Shown piece by piece: positions 27,538-37,226 of a DNA stretch of 64,000 nt. The stretch is taken from contig CAVPLM010000005.1 of NCBI GenBank assembly GCA_963706025.1, positions 1,088,001 to 1,152,000 of the forward strand, written 5' to 3'. The translations under genes were made by a program, and so were the position numbers. How positions within the stretch are numbered: the first letter of the stretch is position 1; every line of letters begins with the position of its first letter. Origin of the DNA: an uncultured Actinomycetes bacterium. GTDB lineage: Bacteria; Actinomycetota; Thermoleophilia; RBG-16-64-13. The notes below the pieces were generated by a model. The model saw only the letters and a list, made by a program, of their open reading frames with translations. It was not told the DNA's origin and did no database searches.

Positions 27538-28263
27538 TCAGTACTGGGAACCGGTGCGCTTCAGAAGCTCGAGCGCCACTACCAAGCCCGTCCGCCGGTG
27601 GGGGGCATCCAGGTCGCCCAGCATCCCGTTCAGTTGCTCGAGCCGGTAGTAGATCGTCTGCCGGCGGACGCCGAGTCTCCGCGCTGCTTCGGCGATGTTG
27701 GACCGTGAGGCGAACAAAGCCTCCAGCGTGGCAAGCAGCGTTGCCCGGGGGCGTGCGGGCAAGGCCAGGATCGGCCCCAACTGTCCTTCGATGAAGTGGG
27801 CGCTCCGCTCGGTCTCGATGAGCGAATCTAACAGCGCGTCCAGCATGGGTTCTTCTTGAGAGGGGGCCTGTCGCCCCAAGATACGTTGATGCGCGGCCTT
27901 GGTGAGATCCGCGAACCGCACCTCCTCGTGAAACACGACTAACGGGAACTCCATCAGCCGCGCCGACTGGAGCATGTCGTCGGGCACTTCGCTGAGCCAC
28001 TGGACCAACTCAAGCACCAGCCCCTGCGCCCCCGCCTCCACAAGCGAGCGAAGATAGGATTCCCTCTCCTCAGGCATCACCCGGGCCAACTCGAGCCCGG
28101 TGCTCACCAGAAGCTCGCCGCCGGAAAGAAAGCGCCACGCATCCAGGAGCTCGGACACATGCACCCACGTCACCGGGTCGTCCAGACGCGACCGGCCGGT
28201 CAGCAGCTCCGCCCCAGCAAAGGCCGGGAGTGCCAAGATCTCGCGAAGCGAGGGTAGGCTCAC
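27538..28263 (-). CDS. PucR-family regulator (compact)
   Basis: N-terminal VTWVHVSE...LSGGELLVSTG ligand domain; C-terminal HTH NIAEAARRLGVRRQTIYYRL. Confidence 0.85.
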   Translation of the reverse strand: MSLPSLREILALPAFAGAELLTGRSRLDDPVTWVHVSELLDAWRFLSGGELLVSTGLELARVMPEERESYLRSLVEAGAQGLVLELVQWLSEVPDDMLQSARLMEFPLVVFHEEVRFADLTKAAHQRILGRQAPSQEEPMLDALLDSLIETERSAHFIEGQLGPILALPARPRATLLATLEALFASRSNIAEAARRLGVRRQTIYYRLEQLNGMLGDLDAPHRRTGLVVALELLKRTGSQY

Positions 28264-28467
28264 AGCGATTTCCGGGCCATTAGGGACACACCCGAAGCAT
28301 CTGTGTCACATCGCCCTTTAGACATGGCCTCACTATAGACCATGGAAGACGCCGATTGAGAGATGGGCATCGGTGGACTATGCTCTATCTGCCTGGCGAG
28401 ACGCCCGGCACCAACGTGACCCAGCCGACCGCTTCTGGCCTCCGGGTCCGAAGCTGAAGGAGTCCAC

Positions 28468-28896
28468 ATGACCCTGATCACGACGCTCACCCTCACCGAC
28501 GAGACCGACAGCGAAGCACACTACGCCGAGAAGCTGGGAGAGGATGGATCCCCCCTGCTGGGAACGGTGAGCGTGCAGAAATGGGCCTTGCCCAAGCCAA
28601 CCCCCTCCACCGTGAGAGTCGTTCTTGACTTCTACGAGACCGTCCGGCCTTCATCCTCGCGCCCTGCGGCCGACGTCGCCCACCGGCCCTACGCGGCCGA
28701 GGGCGTTCTTCGACTGGGCGCCAAGGTGATCATCGTCAAGAACCGGCTCTCCGGCATCCACCAGCCCCCTGAATGGCTGGAGCAGTACCTGGGCCGGACG
28801 GGCACGGTCTTGTGGACCACGGCCGGTGGAGCCATGGTGAAACTCGACAACGAAGCGACCTGGTTTCCTTACGCCGAGCTAGAGGTCAGTGGCTGA
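28468..28896 (+). CDS. Hypothetical protein with SH3/KOW-like C-terminus
   Basis: AAGGAG RBS; 142 aa; GRTGTVLW...AMVKLD...WFPYAELEV. Confidence 0.55.
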   Translation: MTLITTLTLTDETDSEAHYAEKLGEDGSPLLGTVSVQKWALPKPTPSTVRVVLDFYETVRPSSSRPAADVAHRPYAAEGVLRLGAKVIIVKNRLSGIHQPPEWLEQYLGRTGTVLWTTAGGAMVKLDNEATWFPYAELEVSG

Positions 28897-28939
28897 CGCG
28901 TCCCCGGCAGCGTTGGCGGGGGACGCCCGAAAAGACCGG

Positions 28940-30100
28940 CTAACTCTCCGGTTCAGGAGGTTCGGCCGTCGGAGGTGACGGGACGTCCGGGGCGGCTGCC
29001 GGCGACGCAGGTGCCGCTGCTGACGTGGGCGACACCGCTGCCGGCGTGGCGCCGGATAGAACCGGGGGTGGCGGGGCGGGCGGAGCTTCTTGGGTGAAGC
29101 AGACCGTCTCCAGGCAGAGACGTCTGCGCACAGGGAAGAGATCAGCGGGCCAGCGCCGGTAGATCGCGCCCCACAGGCCTCGCTGTGCGAAGACGACCAC
29201 CAGGGCCGCGATCAGGCCAATCAGGATCAGATACCAGGTGCCGTAATCCGCGAGGAGCTGCTGGAGGGCGAAGAACACGATGGCCCCTATGATCGGCCCC
29301 TCGATGGTGCCCAATCCGCCGATGACAACGGCGAAGATCATCAGGGCGCTCCATTGCAGACTGAAGGCAGCTTCGGGCTGCGCCCGAAGCAGGTTGAGAT
29401 AGATGACCGCGCCGGTGGCTCCGGTGCCGAACGCGGCCAAGACGTACACCCAGAGCTTGGAACGGGTGATGTTCACCCCCAGGCTGCGAGCCCCAACCTC
29501 GTCGTCCCGGATGGCCGTGAGGGCGACGCCTCGTCGAGAACGCAGGACCAAGTAGACCAGGGCGATAGACCCGACGGCCACAGCTAGAGCCCACCAGAAG
29601 ACGACGGCCTCCCGGGTGGAACGTTCGATCGCGCCCGCACTGTTGATACTGACCCCTGAGCCTCCACCCAACCAGGAGATCTGTGTGACCAGCAGCCGGT
29701 ATACCTCGGCGATCACCCAGGTACCGACGGCAAAGTAGCCGCCCCGGAGCCGGAAAGCGAGTCCGGCCGTGGGGAAGGCGAAAAGCGCCGCCACTATTCC
29801 GGCGATCGGGACGCATAAGAACGGGTTGATGCCGAATTTCTCGGCGAAGACCCACAGCGTGTAGGCGCCGATACCGATGAAGGCCTGCTGGCCGACGGAC
29901 ACCAGGCCGCCATAGCCCGCAAGCAGGTTCCACATCTGAGCCAGGGCTACGAGGGTCAAGAACGTGACCCCCTGCTTCATGATGTTCGAGGAGCCCCAGG
30001 CGGGGACGGTGGCGGCGGCGATGATCACAACCGCGACGAGGGGCAGGGCGATACGGCTCGCTCGGGTGTAGCGTTCGACCTTGAGGGGTGCCGCCATCAC
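28940..30100 (-). CDS. livM: Branched-chain-amino-acid-type ABC permease (LivM-like)
   Basis: WNLLAGYGGLVSVGQ, RLRGGYFA, AIRDDE, IGGLGTIEGP; Pro/Ala-rich tail. Confidence 0.88.
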   Translation of the reverse strand: MMAAPLKVERYTRASRIALPLVAVVIIAAATVPAWGSSNIMKQGVTFLTLVALAQMWNLLAGYGGLVSVGQQAFIGIGAYTLWVFAEKFGINPFLCVPIAGIVAALFAFPTAGLAFRLRGGYFAVGTWVIAEVYRLLVTQISWLGGGSGVSINSAGAIERSTREAVVFWWALAVAVGSIALVYLVLRSRRGVALTAIRDDEVGARSLGVNITRSKLWVYVLAAFGTGATGAVIYLNLLRAQPEAAFSLQWSALMIFAVVIGGLGTIEGPIIGAIVFFALQQLLADYGTWYLILIGLIAALVVVFAQRGLWGAIYRRWPADLFPVRRRLCLETVCFTQEAPPAPPPPVLSGATPAAVSPTSAAAPASPAAAPDVPSPPTAEPPEPES

Positions 30101-30963
30101 TGCACCTGCTTCGCGAAGAGGCCCTGCGGCCGGAAGGCGAGGATGGCCAGAAACACAAGGTGTCCGACCAGCATCCCCCAGCCCTGCTGGATGTGATCAC
30201 CCATAACCTGAGCGATACCGAGGATGATTCCACCCACCAAAGTGCCCCAGAGTGAACCCAGGCCCCCGATGATGACGGCCTCGTACGCGAAGATCAGCCG
30301 GAACGGCCCGGCGCTCGGGCTGAACGTCGTCCTGATGCCTATGAACACGCCGCCGATGGCCACTATGGCCAGGGCGACGGCCATGGCCATGCCGTAGAGA
30401 TGACGGTTATCGATGCCCATCAGTTGCGCGGCCCGCTGGTTGTCGGCGGTGGCCCGAAAGGCCCGACCCATGCGGGTGCGGCCCAAGAACAGCTGCAGAC
30501 CGAAAAGGACGATGACCGAGGTTATGATCGTCAGCAACGGGAACCAGCCTATGACCACCTGGTCGCTGATCCGTATGAAGGCGTTCTCGATGACTCCGGC
30601 ATCGAGACCCTTGCTGTTGGCGGTGAATCCCTCGAGCAGCAGGTTCTGGATGATGATGGCGATGCCGAAAGTGGCTAGGATGGCCTGCAGGGGCCCGGCG
30701 TCCATGGCGTAGTTCAGCAGTCCCCGCTGCAGCAGGTAGCCGAAGACGGCCATGACGATCATCACCAGGATGAGGGTGTAGAACGGGTTGATGTTGAGGG
30801 AGCCGACTATGACCAGGGAGATGTAGGCGGCCATGACGCCGAAGTCCCCGTGGGCCAGGTTGACCAGGCGCATGACGCCGAACACGAGCGAGAGACCGGC
30901 GGCGAACAGGGCATAGAGTCCGCCGAGAAGGATCCCTTGGATGATGTCGTTTACCCAGACCAC
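30097..30963 (-). CDS. livH: ABC permease (LivH-like)
   Basis: GLSLVFGVMRLVNLAHGD, TRMGRAFRA, IIGGLGSLWG. Confidence 0.9.
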   Translation of the reverse strand: MVWVNDIIQGILLGGLYALFAAGLSLVFGVMRLVNLAHGDFGVMAAYISLVIVGSLNINPFYTLILVMIVMAVFGYLLQRGLLNYAMDAGPLQAILATFGIAIIIQNLLLEGFTANSKGLDAGVIENAFIRISDQVVIGWFPLLTIITSVIVLFGLQLFLGRTRMGRAFRATADNQRAAQLMGIDNRHLYGMAMAVALAIVAIGGVFIGIRTTFSPSAGPFRLIFAYEAVIIGGLGSLWGTLVGGIILGIAQVMGDHIQQGWGMLVGHLVFLAILAFRPQGLFAKQVQ

Positions 30964-30966
30964 CCG

Positions 30967-31666
30967 TCACACCCCGAAATAGGCGGCGAAGATCTCTTCG
31001 CTCGATATCTCCGCCGGACTGCCCTCGAGAACCTGGCGTCCCTCGAGCATGCAGGTGATGCGGTCGGCGAACTTCATGGCCTGGCCCACGTCCTGTTCCA
31101 CCAGGAGCACGGTGGTGCCCGATTCGACGATGGCCGGCATGGCCTCGTAGATCTTCTCCACCACCACCGGCGCGAGCCCCAGCGACACCTCGTCCAGAAG
31201 CAGAAGCCGAGGGTTCGACATAAGACCCCGAGCGATGGCCAGCGCCTGCTGCTCTCCGCCGGAGAGGCTGAAGGCCTGCCGCTGGCGGAGCCTGGAGAGG
31301 AGCGGGAAAGAGCTCGTAGACCTTGTCCATGGTCCAGAGCCCCGTGCGCCGGGAGTGGGCCCCTACCATGAGGTTCTCGGCGACGGTCAGGCTGGGGAAC
31401 ACCCAGCGCCCCTCCGGGACGTAGCTGATGCCCAGCCCCACCCTCTTGTGCGGGGGCAGCTGCCCGATGGACTGCCCGTCGAACCGCACCTTGTCGCTGT
31501 CGGTGGGGATGAGACCGCAGATAGTACGGAGAAGCGTGGACTTGCCCGCCCCGTTCGCGCCGATGACGGCGTGCGTCTCCCCTTCCTCGATGCGCAAGTT
31601 GATACCGAAGAGAGCCTGAAAATGGCCGTAGCCGCTGCAGATATCGGTCAGTTCGAGGAGGCTCAT
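30967..31666 (-). CDS. livF: ABC ATPase (LivF-like), +1 frameshift near 31305
   Basis: GANGAGKST; after removing one C from a CCC run: LSGGEQQ...LLLLDEVSLGLAP, LVEQ. Confidence 0.85.
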
Positions 31667-32388
31667 GGGGCCATGCTTCCCATGTAGACGTCGCGGACTT
31701 GGGGACTGTTTATGACCTCGTTAGGATCGCCCTCGGCGATCAGCCGCCCGAAGTCGATGGCCATCAGTCGGTCGACCACGGCCAGCAGGGCGTGGACGAT
31801 GTGCTCGATCCAGATGATGCTGATCCCTTCGTCCCGAAGCTGCTTGATGGTGTCGATGAGATCGTGGACCTCATGCTCCGTCAGACCGCCGGCGATCTCA
31901 TCGAGAAGCAAGACCTTGGGCTCGGTGGCCAATGCCCGCGCCAACTCTAGGCGCTTACGCTCGAGGAGGCCGAGCGATTCCGCGAGCACATTCGCCCGCG
32001 GAAGGAGCCCCGTGCGGTAAAGCGCCCGGGCGCAGAGCTCGTAAGAGGCTTTCTCCGACTGACCCCGGCCGTAGGTGGCACCGACGAGCACGTTCTCGAA
32101 CACGGTCATACCCTCGAACGGACGGGGGATCTGGAAGGTCCTACCGATGCCGGCGTGGCAGCGCTCTTCTGGAGGCTGCTTGGAGATGTCTACGCCGGCG
32201 AACGTGACGCGGCCTTCGTCCGTATGAACAGTCCCAGTGAGCAAGTTGAGCATCGTGGTCTTACCGGCCCCGTTCGGGCCCACGACCCCGAGCGCCTCCC
32301 CCTGATCGAGGGAGACGCTCAGGTCGTCGACCACTCTCACGCCCCCGAAGGACTTCGTGAGGTGCTCGCCGTGCAGTATGACCGTCAC
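31663..32388 (-). CDS. livG: ABC ATPase (LivG-like)
   Basis: GPNGAGKTT, RTFQIPRPF, LLLDEIAGGL, IEH. Confidence 0.9.
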   Translation of the reverse strand: MTVILHGEHLTKSFGGVRVVDDLSVSLDQGEALGVVGPNGAGKTTMLNLLTGTVHTDEGRVTFAGVDISKQPPEERCHAGIGRTFQIPRPFEGMTVFENVLVGATYGRGQSEKASYELCARALYRTGLLPRANVLAESLGLLERKRLELARALATEPKVLLLDEIAGGLTEHEVHDLIDTIKQLRDEGISIIWIEHIVHALLAVVDRLMAIDFGRLIAEGDPNEVINSPQVRDVYMGSMAP

Positions 32389-32437
32389 CTGTGCACCCGC
32401 TCCAATGGCTGCGCGGTAAGAGTCAGGTCCCTGCCTG

Positions 32438-33883
32438 CTAGAAGGTCGTCAGATCCTTGATCTCGCCCGTCTGCGGGATGTCCGGGTAGTGAGAGTTGTC
32501 CACCACCAGCCGCTCCCAGGCGCCTGTTTTGCCGATCCACTGCCCACCGACGAGCGGGGTGATGGCGCAGTTGGGAAGGGCGTTGGCGAACTTGACCGGG
32601 CCGACAAGTGTCTGCAGATCGGTGGCCTTGACCGCTTCCACGTAAGAGGCCGGATCGTCGAGATTGGCCGTTCGCTTGACCACGTCGGTGATCACGTCGA
32701 AGCCGGCGCCGCCGGTCAAACCGAGCGCAGGGCTGAAGGGAGTCCCTACCTCGGCATCCCACGCGTCGACGATCCCTTGGCAGGTGAGACCGGTAAGCGA
32801 GGATGTGAACGGGTGGGTGTTCTCCCACCAGACCTCGTTGCAGAGACCCTGGCCGATATCGCCGACAGCATCCATATCCGGACGGGTGAGGATAGCCCGG
32901 CCGATAGAAGTCACCTTCGGCACGAAACCGTTCTGCTTGGCCTGCTTCCAGAAGTTGGCGAAATCCGGCGGGTTGAGCAGCGCGGTCAGGCATTCGCAGC
33001 CCTCGGACTTGAACTGGTTGATGAGACTGGAGAAGTCCTCGGTGCCGTTGGTGACCAGGCCCGGGTTGACCCACGCGTACCCGGCCTCTTTCATCGCGGC
33101 CGGGAAGCCGGTCGTCTCGTCGGCGGTGGCGATGCCGTCGGGGTCGTTGGCCCACACGCAGGCCACTTTCTTGTTGGTCGGGAGCTTCTCGAACAGGCCG
33201 ATGTAGACCGCATTCAGATCGGAGATGGCCCAGAACACGTTGTTGGCCCATTTGAAGCCGACGGCCGGATCCCCGCCCATACCGAAGAACCACGGCTCCA
33301 TGGGACACCCGTAAGTCACGCAAGGCACGCCGTTCGCCTCACACTGCTGCCCGACAGGTATGTTGACCACAGGGGTCATGCCAGCGAATATGATGTCGGG
33401 CTTGTCCTGGGTGATGAGCTCGCCCGCCACCTCGGCAGCCCGGTTGGAATCGGACGAACTGTCTTTGACGATCCAGGCGATCGGGTGCTGCAGACCGTCG
33501 GCACAGACCAAGCCGTCGCCGATCGCTTCTTTGGCCTGGTTGAGGAGAAAGTCATCGGGTTCGCTCAGGCCTGCGAACACACCGGTGGTCATGGTGACCC
33601 AGCCGATCTTGATCTCGCGGCCCATCTCCGCGCCTGCCGCGGTCGTAGTTGTCGCACCCGCCGTGGTGGTGGTCGCCCCTGCGGTGGTGGTGGTCGCTGC
33701 GGCAGTAGTGGTGGTGGTCTCTTCCTCGCCGCCGCAGGCCGCCAGTACGCCGCCCAGTCCGGCGCCTACACCGATGGCTGCGCCGGCAATACCGGCCATC
33801 TTCAGGAATTGGCGGCGAGAGACCGCTCCCGAGGCGGGTGCGCCGCACTCTTGCGTCGGGTGCTCTTCGTTCTTGTCGATCAT
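32438..33883 (-). CDS. ABC substrate-binding lipoprotein (Liv/PBP1 type) with Tat signal and Thr-rich linker
   Basis: SRRQFLK twin-Arg motif, LAAC lipobox, TTTTAGA repeats, PBP1-type body. Confidence 0.88.
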   Translation of the reverse strand: MIDKNEEHPTQECGAPASGAVSRRQFLKMAGIAGAAIGVGAGLGGVLAACGGEEETTTTTAAATTTTAGATTTTAGATTTTAAGAEMGREIKIGWVTMTTGVFAGLSEPDDFLLNQAKEAIGDGLVCADGLQHPIAWIVKDSSSDSNRAAEVAGELITQDKPDIIFAGMTPVVNIPVGQQCEANGVPCVTYGCPMEPWFFGMGGDPAVGFKWANNVFWAISDLNAVYIGLFEKLPTNKKVACVWANDPDGIATADETTGFPAAMKEAGYAWVNPGLVTNGTEDFSSLINQFKSEGCECLTALLNPPDFANFWKQAKQNGFVPKVTSIGRAILTRPDMDAVGDIGQGLCNEVWWENTHPFTSSLTGLTCQGIVDAWDAEVGTPFSPALGLTGGAGFDVITDVVKRTANLDDPASYVEAVKATDLQTLVGPVKFANALPNCAITPLVGGQWIGKTGAWERLVVDNSHYPDIPQTGEIKDLTTF

Positions 33884-34176
33884 TGCTCTCCCCCTTGCTC
33901 TGTCCGTGATACGTCTGATGGTCTCTGTTTCTTGCTCTATTTCACCTTCACAAGCGACAGTGTCCGGTCGTCGCTTGCCTTGACGAGCATGACGGCGCCC
34001 GCCGCCGCGCCCTCATACCCTTATGAACCCGATTTCCCCCTTTCCCCCTTCAGCGACACATTATCACCCGCGTAGCGTCATCAAACCTACCGACGGGACC
34101 CAGCGTCGACGACGGGTGCCACCCTTTGCATGAGTGGACGCATCCATGACAGTCGTGCATGGAACCTCTCCCCCAC

Positions 34177-34322
34177 CTATTGCCCCTCGGCGGCCTTCTG
34201 CGCTTCCCGGTAGGCGGAGATGAAGCGCATCGCGTAGTTGTCGCGCCCCAACACCAGGTCGGCCGAAAGGACGGCAAGGCGCACTTGGGCGGCATCCACG
34301 GTGGGGCAGGTGAGACCGGCCC
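34177..34322 (-). pseudogene. 3'-end remnant of a pterin-binding methyltransferase paralog (inverted copy of 45417-45560)
   Basis: Translates to AGLTCPTVDAAQVRLAVLSADLVLGRDNYAMRFISAYREAQKAAEGQ*, compared with AGLTCPTVDVALVRLAVLSADLVLGRDNYAMSFIAAFREAQKAAEAQ* in the intact gene. Confidence 0.85.
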
Positions 34323-34577
34323 CTTGCGAACTTGGCTACGTGACAACAGGATGCTTCGAGGGTTTGTGGAGGGCATGAGACCCGGTGCGCCAATATCTCG
34401 GCCCTCCATAAACTCCCGCGCTCCCCAGTTGACCACTCGAAAAGGTACAATGCCGGCAATGTGGGGGAAGTGCGAGGGAGATCGTGGGGCTCTTCTAGAG
34501 TCCACGGCGATCCCGATTCGCGTCCGTGCCGATTTCGCCCGAGTCAAGCCACCCGCCAATCGACAAGGAGACTCGCG

Positions 34578-35212
34578 TGACTGAACCGTCATATGTGGAT
34601 GGGACCATCAAGGCGTATCTGGACAGGCTCGCCAGCGCCGAGCCCGAGCCCGGCGGAGGAAGTGTGGCGGCGCTGGTCGCCGCGCTGGGCGCCGCTCTGG
34701 TGACCATGGTCACCGACCTCACTCTAGGCAAGGAGAAGTACGCCGATGTCCAGGAGGCGGTCGCCGAGATCAGGGCCGGCGCGGAGAAGCTGCGCGGCGA
34801 ACTGGAGGAACTGGTCACACTCGACGCAACCGCCTACAGGGCGGTGGCTGTGGCTATGAAGCTCCCCAAAGACACCGATTCCCAGAAAGCGGAGCGCGAC
34901 CGCGCTCTTCAGGCCGCCTTGGCAGGGGCCGCGGAGGTGCCGCTCAGAGTGGCCGAAGCGGCGGCTGAAGTGGCGCGCCTCTCGCTGCCGGCCGCCGAGA
35001 AGGGCAACGTCAACGCCGTTTCAGACGCCGGGGTGGCCGTGCTGCTGGCGGACGCAGCCGCCCAGTCGGCCGCTCTCAACGTGAAGATCAATCTGGCCTG
35101 GATAACAGACGAGGACTTCAAGCGCGAGGCTTGGGCCCGGGTGGGGGCGGCACTCGCGGAGACGGCCCGCCTGCGCGACGTCGTCCTGCCCATGACCTAC
35201 GGCAAGATCTAG
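34578..35212 (+). CDS. fchA: Cyclodeaminase/cyclohydrolase family (methenyl-THF cyclohydrolase FchA-like)
   Basis: LASAEPEPGGGSVAAL, GNVNAVSDAGVA, LNVKINL; AAGGAG RBS before GTG 34578. Confidence 0.85.
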
Positions 35213-35266
35213 TCGGGATGCAGTCGGTCTGCGGTCGGTCGAAAAAGGTACCGGGGGGAGGCATCT

Positions 35267-36235
35267 ATGGCAGCAAAGATCATCGACGGGAAAGCTATCG
35301 CGGCCGAGTTGCGGGAGGAACTCGCCCTTGAATTGGAGGAGCTGAAGGCAGCCGGCCTGCAGCCGGGAATCGCCACCTTGATGGTCGGCGATGATTTCGG
35401 TGCGGGCATGTACCGGGGGGCAGTGGAGAAGTTCTGCGGCGAGATGGGCCTCGGCTATCGCAATGAGGCCCTCCCGACCGACGCCGGCGAAGACGCGGTC
35501 GTTGCGACCGTCCAGGACCTCAACAACGACCCCGCGGTTTCGGGCATCTTGCCGCTGCGGCCCTTCCCGGGCCATATCTCCGACTCCGCGGTAATCAACT
35601 CCATCAGCCCGGGCAAGGACGTGGATTGCTTCCATCCCTTCAACATGGGCCGCCTTACCTTGGGCGAGCCCACCTTCCCGCCTGCGACTCCGGCCGCCTG
35701 CATGGAGTTGCTCGAGCGCTACCTGAGCGGACAGGGACGTGAGGTGGTCGATGCCCTGGAAGGGGCTGAGGTCTGCGTCGTCGGTCACTCGAACACCGTC
35801 GGCAAACCACTGGCCCTACTGCTTCTCAACCGCAACGCCACGACCACGGTGACGCATGTGTTCACCTCGAACAGGGGCAACCTGGCGAAGCACACCCGGC
35901 CGGCCGACTACCTGGTCGTCGCGGCCGGGGTCCCGCACCTGATCGGGCCCGATCTGGTCGGCGAAGGCGCCGTGGTGCTCGATGTGGGGATCAACCGGGT
36001 AGTCGTCTGCCCGGCCTGCAAAACGATCAACCGGGGCAAGAAGAACCCTTGTCGCGCATGCGGAGGCGATCTGGCCGAAGCGGAGACCAAGACCGTGGGA
36101 GACGTAGATTATGACGCCGTCTCCGCCAAGGCCGCCGCCATCACGCCGGTACCTGGCGGCGTAGGAGCAGTAACCAACATGATGCTGGCCCGAAACACGC
36201 TCCGGGCGGCGCGGCTGCAGCGCGATAAGAAGTAG
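35267..36235 (+). CDS. folD: Methylene-THF dehydrogenase (FolD family) with zinc-ribbon insertion
   Basis: KIIDGK, KDVDCFHP, VVGHSNTVGKP, DVGINR, VGDVD, TPVPGGVG. Confidence 0.92.
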   Translation: MAAKIIDGKAIAAELREELALELEELKAAGLQPGIATLMVGDDFGAGMYRGAVEKFCGEMGLGYRNEALPTDAGEDAVVATVQDLNNDPAVSGILPLRPFPGHISDSAVINSISPGKDVDCFHPFNMGRLTLGEPTFPPATPAACMELLERYLSGQGREVVDALEGAEVCVVGHSNTVGKPLALLLLNRNATTTVTHVFTSNRGNLAKHTRPADYLVVAAGVPHLIGPDLVGEGAVVLDVGINRVVVCPACKTINRGKKNPCRACGGDLAEAETKTVGDVDYDAVSAKAAAITPVPGGVGAVTNMMLARNTLRAARLQRDKK

Positions 36236-36341
36236 CGGCGCCTCCTCCAAACCGCAGAAGGTGGGCTTGCCAATTGAACGATAATCTGACATTGTGACCC
36301 GCAACTATCCGGGCAACGGACCCTTCGGTGAGGTAGATCCA

Positions 36342-37226
36342 ATGGTCAAGGAGATTCCGTTAGTCTGGCTGCCGGGGGCAGCCTGTACCGGGTGCAGCGT
36401 CTCACTGCTGAACACCGCGAGTCCAACCATAAAGAACCTGTTGGTCGACCCGGTGATCCCCGGAGTGCACATCAACCTACGCTTTCATCCCACGATCATG
36501 GCCGGGTCGGGGGAGATGGCCATCAAAGCGCTTGAAGACACCATGGCACAGGAGAAGGGCGGCTACGTGCTGGCGGTGGACGGCGCCATCCCGACGGGCG
36601 CGACGGCCGATTACTGTGTAATGGGAGAACGCGACGGCAAGCCGGTGACTATCGAGACCCGTTTCCTTGAACTGGCACAAGATGCCCTCGCCATCCTGGC
36701 GGTTGGCACCTGTGCCTCTTTCGGGGGCATACCCGCCGGCGATCCCAATCCCAGCAACTGCGTGCCGGTAAGGCAGGCGCTGGAACTACATGGCATCCAG
36801 AAGCCGTTGATTAACATCCCCGGCTGTCCGCCCCATCCGGACTGGTTTGTCGGCACGGTGGCCAGCATTCTGCTTGTCGGTTTGCCCAACGCGGAAGACC
36901 TCGATGACAATCTCCGGCCGAAGGCCTTCTACGGCAAGCTCATCCACGAGAATTGTCCGCGCCGGGCTTACTTCGACGAGGGCAAGTTCGCGAAGAAGTT
37001 CGGCGACGAGGGCTGTCTCTACGAGTTGGGGTGCAAGGGCCCGATCACCTACGCGGATTGTCCGACGCGACACTGGAACAGCGGTACGAACTGGGTCATC
37101 GGCGCCGGGTCGCCGTGTCTGGGCTGCACTCAGCCCGAGTTCATGAGCCTGCCCTACTACGAGAAGGTGACCGATGTGCAGCTGCCGGTCATCGGGGCCT
37201 ATTGGCAGAGCGAGGAGGCAGAATAA
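36342..37226 (+). CDS. [NiFe] hydrogenase small subunit, group-1 (Hys-like), no Tat signal
   Basis: CTGCSVS, GTCASFGGIP, PGCPPHP, HENCPRR, GCLYELGCKGP, ADC...PCLGC. Confidence 0.92.
   Translation: MVKEIPLVWLPGAACTGCSVSLLNTASPTIKNLLVDPVIPGVHINLRFHPTIMAGSGEMAIKALEDTMAQEKGGYVLAVDGAIPTGATADYCVMGERDGKPVTIETRFLELAQDALAILAVGTCASFGGIPAGDPNPSNCVPVRQALELHGIQKPLINIPGCPPHPDWFVGTVASILLVGLPNAEDLDDNLRPKAFYGKLIHENCPRRAYFDEGKFAKKFGDEGCLYELGCKGPITYADCPTRHWNSGTNWVIGAGSPCLGCTQPEFMSLPYYEKVTDVQLPVIGAYWQSEEAE

Noticed and set aside
30407-31666. 419-aa ORF suggesting an ATPase fusion
   Set aside because: Artefact of a +1 indel in livF running out of frame over livH.
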